From NCBI GenBank assembly GCA_002311645.1, contig DBYW01000003.1:166567-230566 (forward strand): a stretch of 64,000 nucleotides of DNA. Direction: 5' to 3'. Below are positions 61,232 through 64,000 of the stretch, piece after piece. A program made the translations under genes and the position numbers. The notes beneath the pieces were generated by a model. That model was not told the DNA's origin and did not search any database. It worked only from the letters and a program-made list of their open reading frames with translations. The DNA comes from Bacteroidales bacterium UBA1176. Lineage in GTDB: Bacteria; Bacteroidota; Bacteroidia; Bacteroidales; WCHB1-69. Numbering within the stretch: the stretch's first letter is position 1; each line of letters begins with the position of its first letter.

Positions 61232-62308
61232 ATGAGATACTTAACATTAGAAAAAGCCATCGCCTTATGGCAGAATATCCAACCTCTGTCAGAAGATAAT
61301 CAATCGTGGCTCAATCGCCGCTTTATGGTTGATTTCAACTACAATTCTAACCATATTGAAGGAAACACATTAACATACGGTCAAACCGAAATCCTGCTCT
61401 TGCTTGGCAAAGTTGTAGGCGAGCCTAATGTGAAAGATGTCCAAGAAATGACAGCGAGCAATGTTACTCTCAATATGATGAAAGAAGAGGCTCTTGCAAA
61501 GGAGACACCTCTCACACAAAACCTCATACGTACCTTGCACCGCACCTTGCTGCGTGAGGACTATACCGTTTACCGCAACCTGACCGGAGGCATGACAACA
61601 AGTTACACCGTCCACGCCGGACAATACAAGACCCGCCCCAACAGCATCATTACACGCTATGGTGACCGCTTCGAGTATGCCTCGCCCGAAGAGACACCGG
61701 CGTTGATGACCGACCTTGTGGACTGGTACAACCAAGCAGAGAGAGAAGGTAAACTGTCACCTGTGGAACTGGCCACACTATTCCACTATCGCTATATCCG
61801 CATCCACCCCTTCGAGGACGGTAACGGACGTATTGCACGATTACTGGTCAACTATATCCTGACCAAACACAACTATCCAATGATTGTAGTGCGCAGCCGA
61901 CTGAAGAGCAGCTACTTGGAGGCCTTACACCAAGCCGATGAGCTTGTTGGCACCTCACCTCACGATGGGGCTCACGCCACATTACAGCAAATCAGACCTT
62001 TCTTGCAGTATTTCAAAGGATTAATGGCTGAAGAGATCTATACAACCGTCTGCTTTTTGACAGAACATAGGGACAATCTTTGGTGGTATGACGGCGAACG
62101 CATTGAATTCCGTTCAGCCAATTACAACAAACTTCTGATGTTGATGATGTCAGAACCTGTGTTAACACTCTCGGAAATGCAAAAACGTATGGGTATCAAT
62201 ATGTCTGCAATCAAAAAACTAGTCGGGCAACTACTTGACAAACATTATATTGAGCGTGGTTCAACGGAAGGTTCCTGGCGCGTGTTTATCACACCGTCGG
62301 TGCGATAA
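61232..62308 (+). CDS. Fic-family protein (AMPylase-type) with C-terminal winged-helix
   Basis: Fic motif HPFEDGNGRIARLL and a C-terminal HTH-like LSEMQKRMGINMSAIKKLVGQLLDKHYIER. Confidence 0.85.
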   Translation: MRYLTLEKAIALWQNIQPLSEDNQSWLNRRFMVDFNYNSNHIEGNTLTYGQTEILLLLGKVVGEPNVKDVQEMTASNVTLNMMKEEALAKETPLTQNLIRTLHRTLLREDYTVYRNLTGGMTTSYTVHAGQYKTRPNSIITRYGDRFEYASPEETPALMTDLVDWYNQAEREGKLSPVELATLFHYRYIRIHPFEDGNGRIARLLVNYILTKHNYPMIVVRSRLKSSYLEALHQADELVGTSPHDGAHATLQQIRPFLQYFKGLMAEEIYTTVCFLTEHRDNLWWYDGERIEFRSANYNKLLMLMMSEPVLTLSEMQKRMGINMSAIKKLVGQLLDKHYIERGSTEGSWRVFITPSVR

Positions 62309-63059
62309 CCTTGTATATCTCCGCCATCTTCTCCTCCTCCGACAACGCCACATCTATCCAGTGGATATCGAAACTCAACCGCTCCATTCGGCGAAACCAG
62401 GTCATCTGGCGCTTCGAGAACTGGTGGATGGCCGTGTTGAGGGAAGAGAACATCTCCTCATAGTCCATTTTCCCTAACAGATAGAGCGTCACGTACTTGT
62501 ACTCCAGTCCGTAACGGATGAGGATTTCGGAGGGCACGCCCTCGTCGAGCAGGGTCTTCACCTCCTCGATCATCCCCTCCTCCAAGCGGGCCTTGAGCCG
62601 CTGCGTGATGCGCGTGCGGATGAGGTCGCGGTCGCCGCGCAGCCCGAAGATGACCGACGGCACCGGATCCGACAATATCTGGCTCTCTTCCTGCCACTTG
62701 AAACGATAACCCTGCAGCACGGCCTCAATGTATAGCCCGCTGCCGCCGCAAATCACCACCTGTTTGCCGCGACTTTGAATCTCGCGTATCGCCTTGAAGG
62801 CCTCCTGCTGGTAACGATAGACATTGTATTTGACGCCCGGCTCCTCGATGTCAATGAGATGGTACGGCACCGGCTGACCATTGTACTGGTACTCGGAAAT
62901 ATCCTTGCCCGTGCCGATGTCCATCCGGCGATATACCTGGCGCGAGTCGGCGCTGACAATCTCTCCACCAAGTTCGGCGGCCAGGCGCACGGCGATGTGC
63001 GTCTTGCCCGTAGCGGTGGGACCGAGAATCGTGATGATAGGCTTCTCTTCGTTCGTCAT
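62289..63059 (-). CDS. miaA: tRNA dimethylallyltransferase
   Basis: P-loop GPTATGKT plus SADSRQVYRRMDIGTGK and CGGSGLY. Short form of 256 aa. Confidence 0.85.
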   Translation of the reverse strand: MTNEEKPIITILGPTATGKTHIAVRLAAELGGEIVSADSRQVYRRMDIGTGKDISEYQYNGQPVPYHLIDIEEPGVKYNVYRYQQEAFKAIREIQSRGKQVVICGGSGLYIEAVLQGYRFKWQEESQILSDPVPSVIFGLRGDRDLIRTRITQRLKARLEEGMIEEVKTLLDEGVPSEILIRYGLEYKYVTLYLLGKMDYEEMFSSLNTAIHQFSKRQMTWFRRMERLSFDIHWIDVALSEEEKMAEIYKVIAPTV

Positions 63060-63565
63060 TTCGCAGGTTGGAGTTTGGGTTCGTCAAAAATTTCCAAATG
63101 GGAGATCTCCTGGCCGTCAATTTGCAGCCGCAGCATCGTGAGGCGGGTATGGATGCCATAGCGTCCGGCAGCCCCCGGGTTGATGAAGAGCAGGTTGTTT
63201 TTCTTGTCGAACATCACCCTGAGGATATGTGAATGGCCGGCCACGAGAATTGTCGGTTTGGCCTGGTGAATCAGCTCTAACGCTCGCGGATCGTACTTGC
63301 CGGGATAGCCCACAATGTGACGGATGGCCACAGTGTGCTGTTCGCACTGAAAGACCTGGTTCTCTGGAATCTCGCGGCGGATGTCCCAGTCGTCACAGTT
63401 GCCATACACGGCGCGCACGGTGGGCGCGATGGCGGCCAGTTCATCGAGGATGAAGTCGTCCACGATGTCGCCCGCGTGCCATATTTCATCGCACTCCTTG
63501 AAGAACTCGAAGGCGTCGGGATGCAGATAGCCGTGTGTGTCGGAAAGGATGCCTATCTTCTTCAT
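63056..63565 (-). CDS. YfcE/MJ0936-family metallophosphoesterase
   Basis: LSDTHG, WHAGD, GNCD and GHSH motifs, 169 aa. Confidence 0.8.
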   Translation of the reverse strand: MKKIGILSDTHGYLHPDAFEFFKECDEIWHAGDIVDDFILDELAAIAPTVRAVYGNCDDWDIRREIPENQVFQCEQHTVAIRHIVGYPGKYDPRALELIHQAKPTILVAGHSHILRVMFDKKNNLLFINPGAAGRYGIHTRLTMLRLQIDGQEISHLEIFDEPKLQPAK

Positions 63566-64000
63566 TCTTTCACAGGATTGCGTTGTTTCACCACCTCAAA
63601 TAGCGTGATGCCCGTGGCCACGGAGACGTTGAGTGAGCGGATGGTGCCCACCATCGGGATGGTGATGGTGTCGTTGCAATGGCGCAGGTAGTCCCACGCG
63701 ATGCCCTCGTATTCGTTGCCCATGATGAGGCAAAGCGGCCCGGTCATGTCTTTGTTGTAAAGCGCATGGTTGGCCTTCTCGGTCACACCGACCACCTCGA
63801 TGCCAGAGTCTTTGAGATACTGAATTACCTCCACGAGGTTGGAGTGGCGGCAGACGGGAATCTTGTTCAGTGCGCCGGCGGAGCTCTTCACCGCGTCCTC
63901 GTTGAGTTGGGCACCACCGTTGAGCGGGAGGATGATGGCATCCACGCCCGCGCACTCGGCCGAGCGCGCGATGGCGCCCACGTTGCGCACGTCAGTCACC
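63562..64000 (-). CDS. TrmH/SpoU-family RNA 2'-O-methyltransferase (N-terminus outside window)
   Basis: SPOUT motifs NVGAIARSA, LIMGNEYEGI and IPMVGTIRSLNVSVA. The ORF is open at the window edge. Confidence 0.8.
   Translation of the reverse strand, partial: VTDVRNVGAIARSAECAGVDAIILPLNGGAQLNEDAVKSSAGALNKIPVCRHSNLVEVIQYLKDSGIEVVGVTEKANHALYNKDMTGPLCLIMGNEYEGIAWDYLRHCNDTITIPMVGTIRSLNVSVATGITLFEVVKQRNPVKE

Noticed and set aside
60923-61247. Two overlapping 67-69-aa minus-strand ORFs between ORF6N and Fic
   Set aside because: They are AT-rich, have no promoter box, overlap each other and the Fic promoter, and their composition is not protein-like.

Overview
This is a 64-kb chromosomal segment from a Bacteroidota genome, most likely Bacteroidales or Prevotellaceae-like. 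Three things support that: TAnnTTTG -7 promoter boxes and no Shine-Dalgarno sites, a T9SS C-terminal sorting domain, and the conserved bamD-rpoZ-coaBC-DUF4835-recN block. Most of the window is GC-rich housekeeping genes: folC, rluD, rpmH, a SurA-like PPIase, MoxR, a histidine kinase, glmS, one tRNA(CAU), recN, xseB, trmD, rpmB, ruvC, corA and miaA. Three regions stand out. (1) A 22-kb four-gene operon (17.05-39.32 kb) encodes signal-peptide proteins of 4171, 401, 475 and 2267 aa. They combine beta-helix, FN3 and CARDB modules, thrombospondin type-3 Ca-binding repeats, about 20 tandem Cys-repeats and one T9SS sorting domain. The operon lies between the tRNA and the bamD block and is the best candidate for an undescribed surface system. 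(2) A palindrome-rich repeat family is present in two copies. One copy (55.35-56.01 kb) is bounded by 15-bp terminal inverted repeats. Heptad-periodic CCAAYNN arrays flank the giant operon. (3) A low-GC islet (59.9-62.3 kb) carries an ORF6N gene overlapping a frameshifted PBECR-like nuclease gene, an orphan promoter with no ORF, and a Fic gene. All calls rest on reading motifs by eye; no searches were run.
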